Source: Candidatus Parvarchaeota archaeon | GTDB taxonomy: Archaea; Nanobdellota; Nanobdellia; Parvarchaeales; Parvarchaeaceae | Assembly (NCBI GenBank): GCA_023269965.1 | Contig: JAGDXU010000019.1 | Coordinates: 1 to 54,535 of the forward strand | Direction: 5' to 3' | DNA: 54,535 bases | Shown: in pieces, positions 9,302-18,397 of the stretch | Layout: each line of letters begins with the position of its first letter | How positions within the stretch are numbered: the stretch's first letter is position 1 | Notes under the pieces: model-generated | Told to the model about the DNA's origin: nothing | Seen by the model: the letters and a program-made list of their open reading frames with translations, nothing else | The model's database searches: none | Program-made: the position numbers and the translations under genes

Positions 9302-9631
9302 TCACATAAAAAATATAAGAAACCCCAAAACAAGCAATGGTAGGGCTATTGCGTCCCCTAGGAACCCTGAAATGTACTGCCCGTCTAAAAACGAGGAGAT
9401 AACCATTGATGGATTTATTAAGTACTCATATAAAGTGATTCCGTAGGTGATTAATAGCGCTATTGATGCAAGGAGCATTAACGATAAACCGATAATTTTT
9501 CTTCTTGGCCTGTTGAAAAAATTTGTCATGAAGGCATCAATTTTACGTAAGTTCAAGTAGAACACGAAGAAAGCTAAAACCCAAGCTAACGCAATCAAAA
9601 TCGCAACAGGCAAAGGTATATTGAAACTCAT
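9302..9631 (-). CDS. small membrane protein (second gene of recurrent two-gene module, copy 1)
   Basis: 109 aa, 3 TM. Its start overlaps the upstream stop by 4 nt (ATGA). Confidence 0.55.
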   Translation of the reverse strand: MSFNIPLPVAILIALAWVLAFFVFYLNLRKIDAFMTNFFNRPRRKIIGLSLMLLASIALLITYGITLYEYLINPSMVISSFLDGQYISGFLGDAIALPLLVLGFLIFFM

Positions 9632-10110
9632 ATGAACCTCCTGAAGTAAGTCATAAATAGATCAACCGAAAAAACAGCTATAACTACTATCATTATAGCA
9701 AGGATCCAAAACGCAATTACAAGCCCATACTCTAAAAATGAGAGTATAGTAGCATTTACTGCGAATACAACAGTAGCTAACAAACCTAATATCAGTGATA
9801 CTTCTATCTCTCTGATGAATCTCTTTGATTTATCTCTCTTCAAGAAGAAGCTAGTCCAAGGCGCGTTATCCCCTCTATGTTTAAAGCTTGTTAGAAGGAT
9901 CAAAATCAGGGATATCAAGATCAAAAAGGCCCCTGCAAATGTGACAATTCTCGCTGATATCAGGTTTAGCCCCACAAAACTAGGGTACTTAACATAAGTT
10001 ACTGGAGCTTTTAGGATAATGAATGATGATGCTACGGAACCTACAATTGAGATGACCGCTATCAAAGCAACAATCACTAAAGCGATCAGATTTAATCTGC
10101 TTAAGTCCAT
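9628..10110 (-). CDS. membrane protein (first gene of recurrent two-gene module, copy 1)
   Basis: 160 aa. Carries DNAPWTSFFLKRDKSKR and a C terminus ending in RRFI, both shared with 19371-19895. Confidence 0.55.
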   Translation of the reverse strand: MDLSRLNLIALVIVALIAVISIVGSVASSFIILKAPVTYVKYPSFVGLNLISARIVTFAGAFLILISLILILLTSFKHRGDNAPWTSFFLKRDKSKRFIREIEVSLILGLLATVVFAVNATILSFLEYGLVIAFWILAIMIVVIAVFSVDLFMTYFRRFI

Positions 10111-10167
10111 ATCTATATGCTATAATTTACTATTTTATTTAAAGCTTTTTTAAGTTTTACCTACAAA

Positions 10168-11613
10168 TTAATGACTACGCCTACCTTTTTTGCGCATTTC
10201 AGGATTTGTGTACCTATTCCAAAACAGCTTGTACATCTTCAGCTTGTCAGGCAGTTTATTCAAACCTGGAATAAACGGCAAGAAGAGCAGAAGTAAAAAC
10301 ACAAACATCGCTACAAGCCCATTCTCAAGATCATTCCACCAAGGTATATTCGCTGTTTCTATCTCTAAAACGTTGTAAGGTATAAGCCAGTACGCTATTG
10401 ACCATGGTGGGGCGCCTACTTTTAACATGCCAAACTGTGAAGTTCTGAGACCATACTGGGTTGCTAAATTACTTAGGGCGCCGCTATCATATAAGAACCG
10501 TAAAACGTAAGTTTCATCAAGTCCGCTGGAGCTTTCATTTTGCACAACAAGCTGGTACTCACCAGACTGCGCCATCTGTATCAGCTCACCAGTAGCTGAT
10601 AAAAGAGGATTGTTTGAAGAAATTGCACCTAAAACGGACCCATTATTGTTGAAGTAAGCGTATGCTGATGAAAAATCTGCTTCCTGTTGAGAGCTGTTTT
10701 CAGAGAAGAACAAAGAAAGCTTGTTTGTTTTATTCGAGAAGGATATATAACTAGCGTATGGAACTAAAAAGAAGACTGTCCTAGTGTTGAAGGTGTATGG
10801 ATCTATAGTATCTAGGTAAGTGGCTGTCCCTGAAGAGTGGTTGAATTCTTGGAGCAAAGTGGTCCCTATATTTGCTGGATTTGAATTCGCAGCTTGGGCT
10901 ATTGTAAGTGGCGGTATATAAGGAGAACTGAATATAAAGGCGAAAGCCATGACTATTATGAAGATATATACCATCCTTCTATACATCTTTGCATGGTCGG
11001 CTTTGACCATCTTATAAGGTATATCCTTACGGTAAGGTTTACTCAGCCCGTCCTTCCTCACAAGCGAATAATGAACAAATACCAAAAGCGCAAGCAAAAA
11101 TGGTATTATAGCAACGTGCCATCCTATAACAGCCCCCTGATTTAGGGGATTCAACCAGAATCCAAGCCCTAAGCCATTCCATAAGTCTGCACCGGCTTTA
11201 TCATTCCATTGGGAGATTAAACCACCTTGGATACCAACACCAAAGGCGAATTCTAGCAGAACTAGAAGAAGCATTAAGCTGCCTATGATCCACACAAGCC
11301 TCTTCTTTTTGAATGAAGATGTTGAAAGGTTCACAAAGAGATGAATGAACATAAGTGTGACAAATGCTTCGGCTGCCCATAGGTGGATACTTCTGAAGAG
11401 CGTACCTATAGGGTTCACATCCCACCAGTACGGCCCAAAAATCAACATCACCATGCCGGTGAATGCTAATATCACAATCAGTTCCAGCAGGTATATGCCT
11501 ATCGTAAAAAAGAAGCCATTTCCGTATGAAGGAACATATTTTATATACTGGTCCTGGATTAAACCAACTAAAGGTCTAAAAAAAGATTTTATGCCACTTC
11601 TATTTTTAACCAT
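10168..11613 (-). CDS. di-heme cytochrome b-like membrane protein with a large C-terminal extension
   Basis: RSIHLWAAEAFVTLMFIH gives a His pair 13 residues apart. GWHVAIIPFLLALLVFVH gives a second His pair 14 residues apart. Both resemble cytochrome b/b6 helices B and D. The ATG at 11613 (MVKNRSG) is preferred over the TTG at 11709. Confidence 0.65.
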   Translation of the reverse strand: MVKNRSGIKSFFRPLVGLIQDQYIKYVPSYGNGFFFTIGIYLLELIVILAFTGMVMLIFGPYWWDVNPIGTLFRSIHLWAAEAFVTLMFIHLFVNLSTSSFKKKRLVWIIGSLMLLLVLLEFAFGVGIQGGLISQWNDKAGADLWNGLGLGFWLNPLNQGAVIGWHVAIIPFLLALLVFVHYSLVRKDGLSKPYRKDIPYKMVKADHAKMYRRMVYIFIIVMAFAFIFSSPYIPPLTIAQAANSNPANIGTTLLQEFNHSSGTATYLDTIDPYTFNTRTVFFLVPYASYISFSNKTNKLSLFFSENSSQQEADFSSAYAYFNNNGSVLGAISSNNPLLSATGELIQMAQSGEYQLVVQNESSSGLDETYVLRFLYDSGALSNLATQYGLRTSQFGMLKVGAPPWSIAYWLIPYNVLEIETANIPWWNDLENGLVAMFVFLLLLFLPFIPGLNKLPDKLKMYKLFWNRYTNPEMRKKGRRSH

Positions 11614-11778
11614 AATGTGAGTCGGGAGTTTCAAATTTTGAACTTCCTTTTTAAGGTTTATCTTTATTGGTATATAAATATTGTGGCATATTACTGGATA
11701 CGCTACCAATTATTATCCTATGCTATAGAAAGATTTGATGAATATTTTTATATTACAAAGTCTATTGAATTACAATAG

Positions 11779-12579
11779 ATGTGTAATTTTATGGAGGAGA
11801 AAAATAGAATAGCCAACCTATTTGATCTCAGCGGAAAATCTGCAATAGTGACAGGTGCTTCAAGCGGTCTTGGTATATCATTTACAGAGGCTTTGGCAGA
11901 GGCAGGTGCTGATGTAGTTATATGCGCAAGGAGAGAGGACAAGCTAATAGAGAATGCCAATAGAATAGCAGGTTATACGCATAGAAATATAATCCCAGTG
12001 AAGGCGGACTTGACAAATGAGGAGGATATTATTAAAGTCGTTAAAATCGCAGAGGAAAAACTGAATAAAATAGATATACTGATAAACAACGCAGGATCCG
12101 CAGTGGCAGGCCCTTCATTAGACCTAAAAAAAGATGACTGGCAAAAAGTTCTTGATCTGGATATTTCCGCAGTCTTCATTCTATCTCAAAAAGTGATAGC
12201 CAGTATGATAGCACACAATGTGAATGGCAGCATAATAAATATAGCATCTATATATGGATTGTTCGGGGATATAATACCAGCGGCGCCATACTACGCAAGT
12301 AAAGGAGCAGTAGTAAATCTAACTAGAGCAATGGCAGTTGAATTCGCACACAATAACATAAGAATCAATGCTATTGCACCAGGATTCTTCCCAAGCGAAA
12401 TGACAAGCGACATCTTAAAAGACAAGGCAATCCTTGATCATATAAATCAAAGGACCCCTATGGGAAGAGTTGGTAAGCCGAACGAGCTTAAAGGAGCGGC
12501 GATTTTCCTTGCTTCTGATGCTTCATCTTACATAACAGGCCATATCTTAGCAGTCGACGGCGGATGGAGCGCAGTATAA
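11779..12579 (+). CDS. short-chain dehydrogenase/reductase (SDR)
   Basis: TGASSGLG, NNAG and YYASKGAV motifs. An alternative start lies at 11791. Confidence 0.85.
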   Translation: MCNFMEEKNRIANLFDLSGKSAIVTGASSGLGISFTEALAEAGADVVICARREDKLIENANRIAGYTHRNIIPVKADLTNEEDIIKVVKIAEEKLNKIDILINNAGSAVAGPSLDLKKDDWQKVLDLDISAVFILSQKVIASMIAHNVNGSIINIASIYGLFGDIIPAAPYYASKGAVVNLTRAMAVEFAHNNIRINAIAPGFFPSEMTSDILKDKAILDHINQRTPMGRVGKPNELKGAAIFLASDASSYITGHILAVDGGWSAV

Positions 12580-12636
12580 ATTCACTGAAAATTAGAAGAC
12601 TAAATTTATGATAATTGCAAACGCTGCTATTGAAAT

Positions 12637-14286
12637 CTAAATGCTGTATATCTTCTTATAAATTTCATTATCTCTAATTTTATCTGCCTGTTTTCTGAAG
12701 TCAGAAAGCTCTTTATAGTATTTCTCATTCTCCTTGAGCTTTTCTGTACTTACTGAAAATTCCTTAAGTGTTTTATCCCTGTATATTGTGGGGAAAACAT
12801 TGTAAGCACAGAAGGGGATCACTCTTCCATCTGGAAGTGAGTAATGGATGCTGCACCTCATAACTCTTTTTATATCATAATCAAATGGATCCATAAAGTG
12901 CATAGTACCAAGGTAAAGTAGCTTATAGTTCAATTCCCCGGCAGATTCATAGTCTTTATGAAGGAACAAGCTACGCAATAACTTGCTTATCTTAGTCCCA
13001 TCTGGAAGCTCATCCTTCTTTATGTAGCTACCAGAAAGCAGCTTCATAATTATGGGGATCTTTTTCAACCTTTGAAAATCACCATCAACGGCGTTGGAAA
13101 CATCATAGTACAACTTATCTACATCTATATACTCCGTGATTGGATGAAACTTCAAATCATCCCCGCTTCTATCGACTACCACATATGTGGCTTCGCCGCA
13201 TTTTGGATTATTGTAGAAACCTAAATCATCCTTACCAAGGATTTTTATAATAGGCACCATGAATGGAATGGGTCTCCATGCATCTCTTGGTATGCTCAGC
13301 TGCTTCTCTAACTGACTTTCAAAATCAGATATAGTCACCCTTTTCTTTTCGACTTCTTCTATCTCTTTTTTGGTCATATGGCCAACAAAAGACACCGGCT
13401 GGAAGTTAACTCCCCTGACAACATTCATATTGTTTGCAGCAAACTTGACAATCTTACCAAGCTCTTGGGGGAAATTCCACCCGTTTATAAGCGTTGGAAC
13501 CAACGCAACACTGGTTAAGCCGCCTTTAGCGAAGGCATCAAATATAAATGGGATTTCATAGTGATTTTTAAAATTTATTTCGGGGGTCGTACCATCAAAA
13601 GAAAGATAAACGGTATTTACACCGGCTTCTCTAAGACTTTTTACATAATCTGCAGCTTTTTCAGGGCTATTATAGTTCATTATGCCTATTCTTACCCCTT
13701 GTGTGTTGAGTTGTATATGGCTAACGCCATGATCCTTTACTGCTTTGACTATTTCAGGCAGGTCCTCCCTCAGTGTAGGCTCGCCACCAGTAAGCTGAAC
13801 TGCGTATATTTTACCTTTATTGAAGGCTTTGGCGGAGTCAACCATCCAAAGGATGTCCTCAAGCGAAGGCTCATGTACATACCCCGCCTTTTCAGCGTAA
13901 AAGAAGCAGTAGAAGCAGTTAAGATTACACCTATTAGTCAAAACAATGTTAAGTAAAGCTGTTGAATTTTGATGAGCTGAACATAGACCACATGAAGTAG
14001 GGCACTGTCCAAAAGGAAGAGAATTATATGGAGTAAATCTGTAAGGTGTTTCATACTTCTTTGTTGAATCAAACCATTTTTTATCCCCAACGCGAACTCT
14101 CTCTAAAACTTCTCCATTTTTTATCTTCTCTAGGTAAACTAGGTCACTATCTTCGTCCAAAACGTATCTTGCACTGACTATCTTTTTCTCCAGTTCCTCG
14201 TCTGTCAAATCTTTCATGGATGCTATTTCAGACCCTACCAAACTTAACGTTGACTCTAAGACTTTCATATCAATTAAAGTGCTCAC
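12637..14286 (-). CDS. radical SAM enzyme, COG1964/class-D-like; candidate tetraether lipid synthase (Tes/GDGT-MAS)
   Basis: An N-terminal CPTSCGLCSAH motif is followed by the radical SAM box NRCNLNCFYC, with extra C-terminal cysteines. About 549 aa. Confidence 0.6.
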   Translation of the reverse strand: MSTLIDMKVLESTLSLVGSEIASMKDLTDEELEKKIVSARYVLDEDSDLVYLEKIKNGEVLERVRVGDKKWFDSTKKYETPYRFTPYNSLPFGQCPTSCGLCSAHQNSTALLNIVLTNRCNLNCFYCFFYAEKAGYVHEPSLEDILWMVDSAKAFNKGKIYAVQLTGGEPTLREDLPEIVKAVKDHGVSHIQLNTQGVRIGIMNYNSPEKAADYVKSLREAGVNTVYLSFDGTTPEINFKNHYEIPFIFDAFAKGGLTSVALVPTLINGWNFPQELGKIVKFAANNMNVVRGVNFQPVSFVGHMTKKEIEEVEKKRVTISDFESQLEKQLSIPRDAWRPIPFMVPIIKILGKDDLGFYNNPKCGEATYVVVDRSGDDLKFHPITEYIDVDKLYYDVSNAVDGDFQRLKKIPIIMKLLSGSYIKKDELPDGTKISKLLRSLFLHKDYESAGELNYKLLYLGTMHFMDPFDYDIKRVMRCSIHYSLPDGRVIPFCAYNVFPTIYRDKTLKEFSVSTEKLKENEKYYKELSDFRKQADKIRDNEIYKKIYSI

Positions 14287-14396
14287 TTAAATTAACTTAA
14301 TAAATATGCCTTTAAATACATTGAAAATGGAGATTCGGCTTAAAATCACTTAATTATCTAGTTGATAAAACGAAGGTAAAGTTATATATCAAAGCT

Positions 14397-15107
14397 TCAA
14401 TCTCTGAAAATTAGTCTTTCTGCGTTCTTATAGAGTATATTTTCCCTCTCCGTTTCTGAAATATCAGCTTTTTTTATCTTCAGCAGCTCTATCTCCTGGT
14501 CGGAGAAGGGATAATCTGAGCCGAATAATATTCTATCGGAGCCCACTTCGTCTACCCTCCTTTTTATTATAAACGTTGAAGAAACTATAGAAGTATCAAC
14601 ATATGCATTTTTAAGCTCTTTAAGCTTGGAGAAGAAAGTGTCTGAGTCATTCGCAAAGTGCGCAAATACGAAGTTTATATGAGGGTAGATCTTTGCGATC
14701 TCTATTATTCTATCTGGGTCCGTATTTTTATTGTTCTCCTTTCTAGAATGAATTATAACCGGCTTCCTGCTCTTTTCGATTATCCTGAAGATACCTTCAA
14801 GATCTTTATCAAGTGGGTCAAAATTCTCACCCCTTGGATGAAGCTTGAAGCCGTAAAACTTGCGTTGTAGGTTATTTAGCTCCGCGGTTTTTATGTTTTT
14901 AGGGTCTAGCCTCAAAAATGGAACAAAGAAATCACCTGCTTTTTCTATATTTTCGAGATTTTTCTCCATAAGCTTTTGATAGGATCCCTGCGTACTTGGG
15001 AATATCACTGCTTTTCTTATGCCGTTACTCTTCATTTTCTCTTTTATCTCATTGAGAGTAGACCCATCAAAGTCTACACCTGAATGAGTATGAAAATCGA
15101 TTATCAT
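14397..15107 (-). CDS. metal-dependent amidohydrolase (TIM-barrel, amidohydrolase_2-like)
   Basis: MIIDFHTHSG at the N terminus and FGSDYPF near the C terminus. Confidence 0.7.
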   Translation of the reverse strand: MIIDFHTHSGVDFDGSTLNEIKEKMKSNGIRKAVIFPSTQGSYQKLMEKNLENIEKAGDFFVPFLRLDPKNIKTAELNNLQRKFYGFKLHPRGENFDPLDKDLEGIFRIIEKSRKPVIIHSRKENNKNTDPDRIIEIAKIYPHINFVFAHFANDSDTFFSKLKELKNAYVDTSIVSSTFIIKRRVDEVGSDRILFGSDYPFSDQEIELLKIKKADISETERENILYKNAERLIFRD

Positions 15108-15742
15108 ACACCACCGCCAAATCCTTTAACTTTTTCTTTATTTAGCTCTAGGTAAAATGTCAGGTAGTAACCGTCTCCTCTATCAAGATTAAGACTACGA
15201 TATGCAATGTTTATCGTTTTATCTTTAGACTCTTTGAAATTTTCCGTCAGCTTGCGCCCAAACGTGCCAGGGAGCATTTTTCGATCGATAGAATACCCTG
15301 TTATTTGACCTTCAGTTACCCGTCTACTCAGATCTTCCCTTATTGTAAATTCAACCAATGGATTCTGTGTTTTCGTTGTGATTATATGTAAGCCGAGATC
15401 CAATGCGACGTCCACTCTTTCCTTTACAAGTTCTCTGTACAGGCCAAGACCTTGGAATTCACTCGAAACCACTGCTGCTGAGAGGTAAGCGATTCTCTCG
15501 GCATAATTTCCTGGGGAGATGTATTTTGAGCCTGCAAAACCTATCGCATTCTCGCCTTTATACAATAACAAGAAAAGATCATTACCTTTTATATGATTAA
15601 GGACCTCTCCTTCCGTCATACCACTTTGAAAAGTGTTTATTGTGAAGTTAACAATCTCATCTAATGTCTTTCTACTGAGCTTAGATGAATCCTCACTTTT
15701 AAGCTCGAAAATTTCCCCGCCACCGATAGATAGTTTTATCAA
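15104..15742 (-). CDS. GNAT family N-acetyltransferase
   Basis: Motif A-like FQGLGLYRELV. TTG start. The stop overlaps the downstream amidohydrolase start by 4 nt. Confidence 0.6.
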   Translation of the reverse strand: MIKLSIGGGEIFELKSEDSSKLSRKTLDEIVNFTINTFQSGMTEGEVLNHIKGNDLFLLLYKGENAIGFAGSKYISPGNYAERIAYLSAAVVSSEFQGLGLYRELVKERVDVALDLGLHIITTKTQNPLVEFTIREDLSRRVTEGQITGYSIDRKMLPGTFGRKLTENFKESKDKTINIAYRSLNLDRGDGYYLTFYLELNKEKVKGFGGGV

Positions 15743-15768
15743 AAAGTTTCATTCCATACGTTTCCCTT

Positions 15769-16066
15769 TCATTTTCCATACTCTGCCTCCATTTTACACT
15801 TTATAGCAGAAAGTACCACCTTCCCGCTACCCGTTATTTTTGCATTCATGCCCTTTCCAAAGTCTATAAGGCCAAGCCGTCTAAGAACTCTAGCATTTAA
15901 TTTCAAAGTTGACTGCCGTATATCGTACTTATCTTCAATAGATTTAAGAATGCTGTAAGCCGATTTGCCAGGGGCTCCCCCCAAGTTCCTTAAGGATTAT
16001 GATCTGATTTCTATTCAAAGCTGTTTCCGCCAAAGACTCTATTGTCTTTTCGATTTGCCTTTCCAT
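15769..16066 (-). pseudogene. winged-helix transcription regulator split by a frameshift in a G6 run
   Basis: The upstream piece MERQIEKTIESLAETALNRNQIIILKELGG (ATG at 16066) and the listed ORF (M)GGAPGKSAYSILKSIEDKYDIRQSTLKLNARVLRRLGLIDFG join if one G is removed from the run at 15977-15982. It is a paralog of 37505-37858. Confidence 0.6.
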
Positions 16067-16190
16067 ATAATTCTATATGAAAGCGGCTATATTTAAAACA
16101 TTAGGGCAGTTTAAAATAACCTAGTAAAAAGATAAAAATCAGCACATCACAGCTTATCTGAACCCAAAGATTTGAAAAGACCAGATATGG

Positions 16191-16964
16191 CTACTTCAGA
16201 TCCTCACTGGTTATCTTGTGTCCCAACTTTTCTGCCTTTGTAATAAGGTGCTCTTTCATCATCTTGTTTTCCGGCTTTATATGAATACCAAAAGGCTTCA
16301 CTTTTATGCCGTTAGAAACAAGACCATGGATTTTATTTGGATTATTCGTCATGAGCCGCACGGATGACACACCTAGAATTTTCAAAATAGAAGCAGCTAT
16401 TTCAAAATCCCTGTGCTCATTTTGATATCCAGCTTTGACATACTCATCGTATATATTGGCGTCTTTGCCAGTTTTCTTGTCTTTTCTCACAACCACTTTA
16501 TCGCCTTTCCATTCAAAGGTGTTATTATAAGCGATCAGTTTTGCTTTTATACCATTTCCAGCCCCTTCTTGATTTAAGTAAATCAATATACCTTTTTTCT
16601 CCTTTGACATTTGTCTAATAGCAAAATCTAGTTCCTGCCTACATTCGCAATTAGAAGCATGAAAAAGCTCGCTAGTTCTACATGCTGAATGGATCCTCAC
16701 AAGTGGATATTTATATGATCTTAATTTTTTCCCTTCAAACTTGCCCAATATTGCAACGTCATGCTCTTTTCCTGTGGCGTAATCACCAAAAACTAGGTAA
16801 GTCATCGGACCATAATCTGTTGGCAAAGAGGTCCTCCCCAATTCGACTAACCTAGACATCCTGGACTTTTTCAGCAAAGAGGACATCTCAGCTTCAACTT
16901 CCCATGGCTTCTCCCAGTTTTTATTCAAGTAGCCGAGAATCGTCAAAAATTCTGCAGTTTTCAT
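16191..16964 (-). CDS. divergent GTP cyclohydrolase II (RibA)-like protein
   Basis: VRIHSACRTSELFHASNCEC keeps the C-x10-C-x-C zinc pattern of RibA. Also present are LNQEGAGNGI, IAY, HRDF and VRLMTNNPNK. There is an N-terminal extension and an internal insertion. Confidence 0.65.
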   Translation of the reverse strand: MKTAEFLTILGYLNKNWEKPWEVEAEMSSLLKKSRMSRLVELGRTSLPTDYGPMTYLVFGDYATGKEHDVAILGKFEGKKLRSYKYPLVRIHSACRTSELFHASNCECRQELDFAIRQMSKEKKGILIYLNQEGAGNGIKAKLIAYNNTFEWKGDKVVVRKDKKTGKDANIYDEYVKAGYQNEHRDFEIAASILKILGVSSVRLMTNNPNKIHGLVSNGIKVKPFGIHIKPENKMMKEHLITKAEKLGHKITSEDLK

Positions 16965-17043
16965 AGATGTTAAGTAAAATCCTCAGAATTAAAGCTTTCC
17001 ATTATAATGCTGTCCAAATCAAGAGGCTATAAAATTGACCCAT

Positions 17044-17991
17044 TTAATATTCTAATCTAAAAATATCAATATAGCTGCCTTCATGTTCTGGTTCTAACTT
17101 TTTGCTATTATTACGCATCACGCTAGTATAAACTCTCTTATATCCATCGACTATAGATTTATAACCATGATGTTTTGTCGCGGATACGGAGAATTTCATA
17201 CCACATGATATAAGGAATTGCAAATCAAGATCATTGATGCCATAAACGTATTTTAACATACCAGCATCTGCGCAGATCTCAACCCCTAATTTTAAGTCTT
17301 TGAAATAAAGCGTGGGGTCTTCGCCATAGCCCCTCGAGGAGTTCAACTCTAAAGCACCGTTTAAGTTAAATTTAGAGCCACCGCCGTCCCTAACCTTATA
17401 AAAACTATCTATAACTTTTCCATTTTGTATTATAGGCGCTGCATTGTAGAGTTTAAGACTTCCAGTATAGTACATAGCTGTACCAGGAATTATCAAGATA
17501 TCTGAGCCAACTGAATGTTTCTTTATAGTGTTGATGAGTCTTGTGTACTCCCTCTCAGAGTACGGCACTTTAGGAACTTTTATAACTTTGATAAATTCCC
17601 CACCATTTAAATTTAATATCTTATATTTTGTAAGTTCTTGATGAGAAACATTAAACTTCTCTTTGAACTTTCCAAGTGGATACAATGTTGTCTTAAAATC
17701 TAAATTGCCCTCATATAACTGTCGTTCAAGTATCGCCTTTGCGTCCTTCGGTGCGTACTTGAAATCCTTGCTTACTTCAAACATGGCATCTAAAGTCTCG
17801 CCAGTGTCCTTTAATTTGAATTTGTCATAAGGTAAAACGTTAAGCTCATGCGTCAAGCTCCACTCCGGCCCTGCTATTATGTCTATGTCTTGAGCTTTAG
17901 CATACTCTATATTATCTATCACCTTATGTGGGTCACCAAAATTGTGCGTTTCAATGTTTTTCATCAATGCGATTTCTAAACTCAAAGCCAT
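17044..17991 (-). CDS. carbon-nitrogen hydrolase (nitrilase superfamily)-like protein, divergent
   Basis: Candidate E-K-C triad contexts are IIAGPEWSL, FYKVRDGGG and LGVEICADAG. There is a long insertion between the Glu and Lys segments. Confidence 0.45.
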   Translation of the reverse strand: MALSLEIALMKNIETHNFGDPHKVIDNIEYAKAQDIDIIAGPEWSLTHELNVLPYDKFKLKDTGETLDAMFEVSKDFKYAPKDAKAILERQLYEGNLDFKTTLYPLGKFKEKFNVSHQELTKYKILNLNGGEFIKVIKVPKVPYSEREYTRLINTIKKHSVGSDILIIPGTAMYYTGSLKLYNAAPIIQNGKVIDSFYKVRDGGGSKFNLNGALELNSSRGYGEDPTLYFKDLKLGVEICADAGMLKYVYGINDLDLQFLISCGMKFSVSATKHHGYKSIVDGYKRVYTSVMRNNSKKLEPEHEGSYIDIFRLEY

Positions 17992-18063
17992 TTTTATTAT
18001 TTGAAAATAGGAAGTATAAATATCTATCCATCTGATTTAAGTGAACTATCCCACCTTTATAGA

Positions 18064-18380
18064 CTAGGCTTCAACAACCTCTTCGGCTTGTTTGGAGCTT
18101 ATCGCTTCGACGGCAATGCTTGCTTTCACATGCGGGATACTTTTCAGGTAATCCAGCATGCTACTTGTAGAGGCATCATCTTCTGCGAGCATCTCCCCTA
18201 TGTTCCATAGGGAAAGCCCTTTGATTTTTGTTACCATCGCTGCGCTTACATCCCTGTCTGAGGTATATCCACACAAAGGGCACGTGAATATTCTGTCGGA
18301 CAATTTGAGCTGCGCCGATGTACTTCCAGCTTACGCAGGGGGACTTTCCGCTCGCAAGCGTTAAAGATTTTTAATGTGGA
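18064..18380 (-). mobile_element. IS200/IS605-family TnpB (OrfB) 3' remnant: zinc-ribbon/RuvC-III end only, frameshifted
   Basis: KLSDRIFTCPLCGYTSDRDVSAAMV matches the TnpB C-terminal C-x2-C...DRD-x-NAA-x-N signature. An upstream piece, FNACERKVPLRKLEV, lies in another frame. The segment is visibly more GC-rich than its surroundings, and no tnpA or N-terminal TnpB is present. Confidence 0.65.
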
Positions 18381-18397
18381 AAAACCACATATATTCA

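Noticed and set aside
11201-11620. ORFs 11201-11425 (minus, alternate frame) and 11345-11620 (plus) inside the cytochrome b-like gene
   Set aside because: They overlap a gene with clear heme-ligand motifs and their translations have no features. The same reasoning applies to the other internal or antisense ORFs in the track, for example 1592-1783, 2325-2633, 4807-5142, 13370-13956, 21181-21477, 38148-39296, 40863-41804 and 51065-51421.
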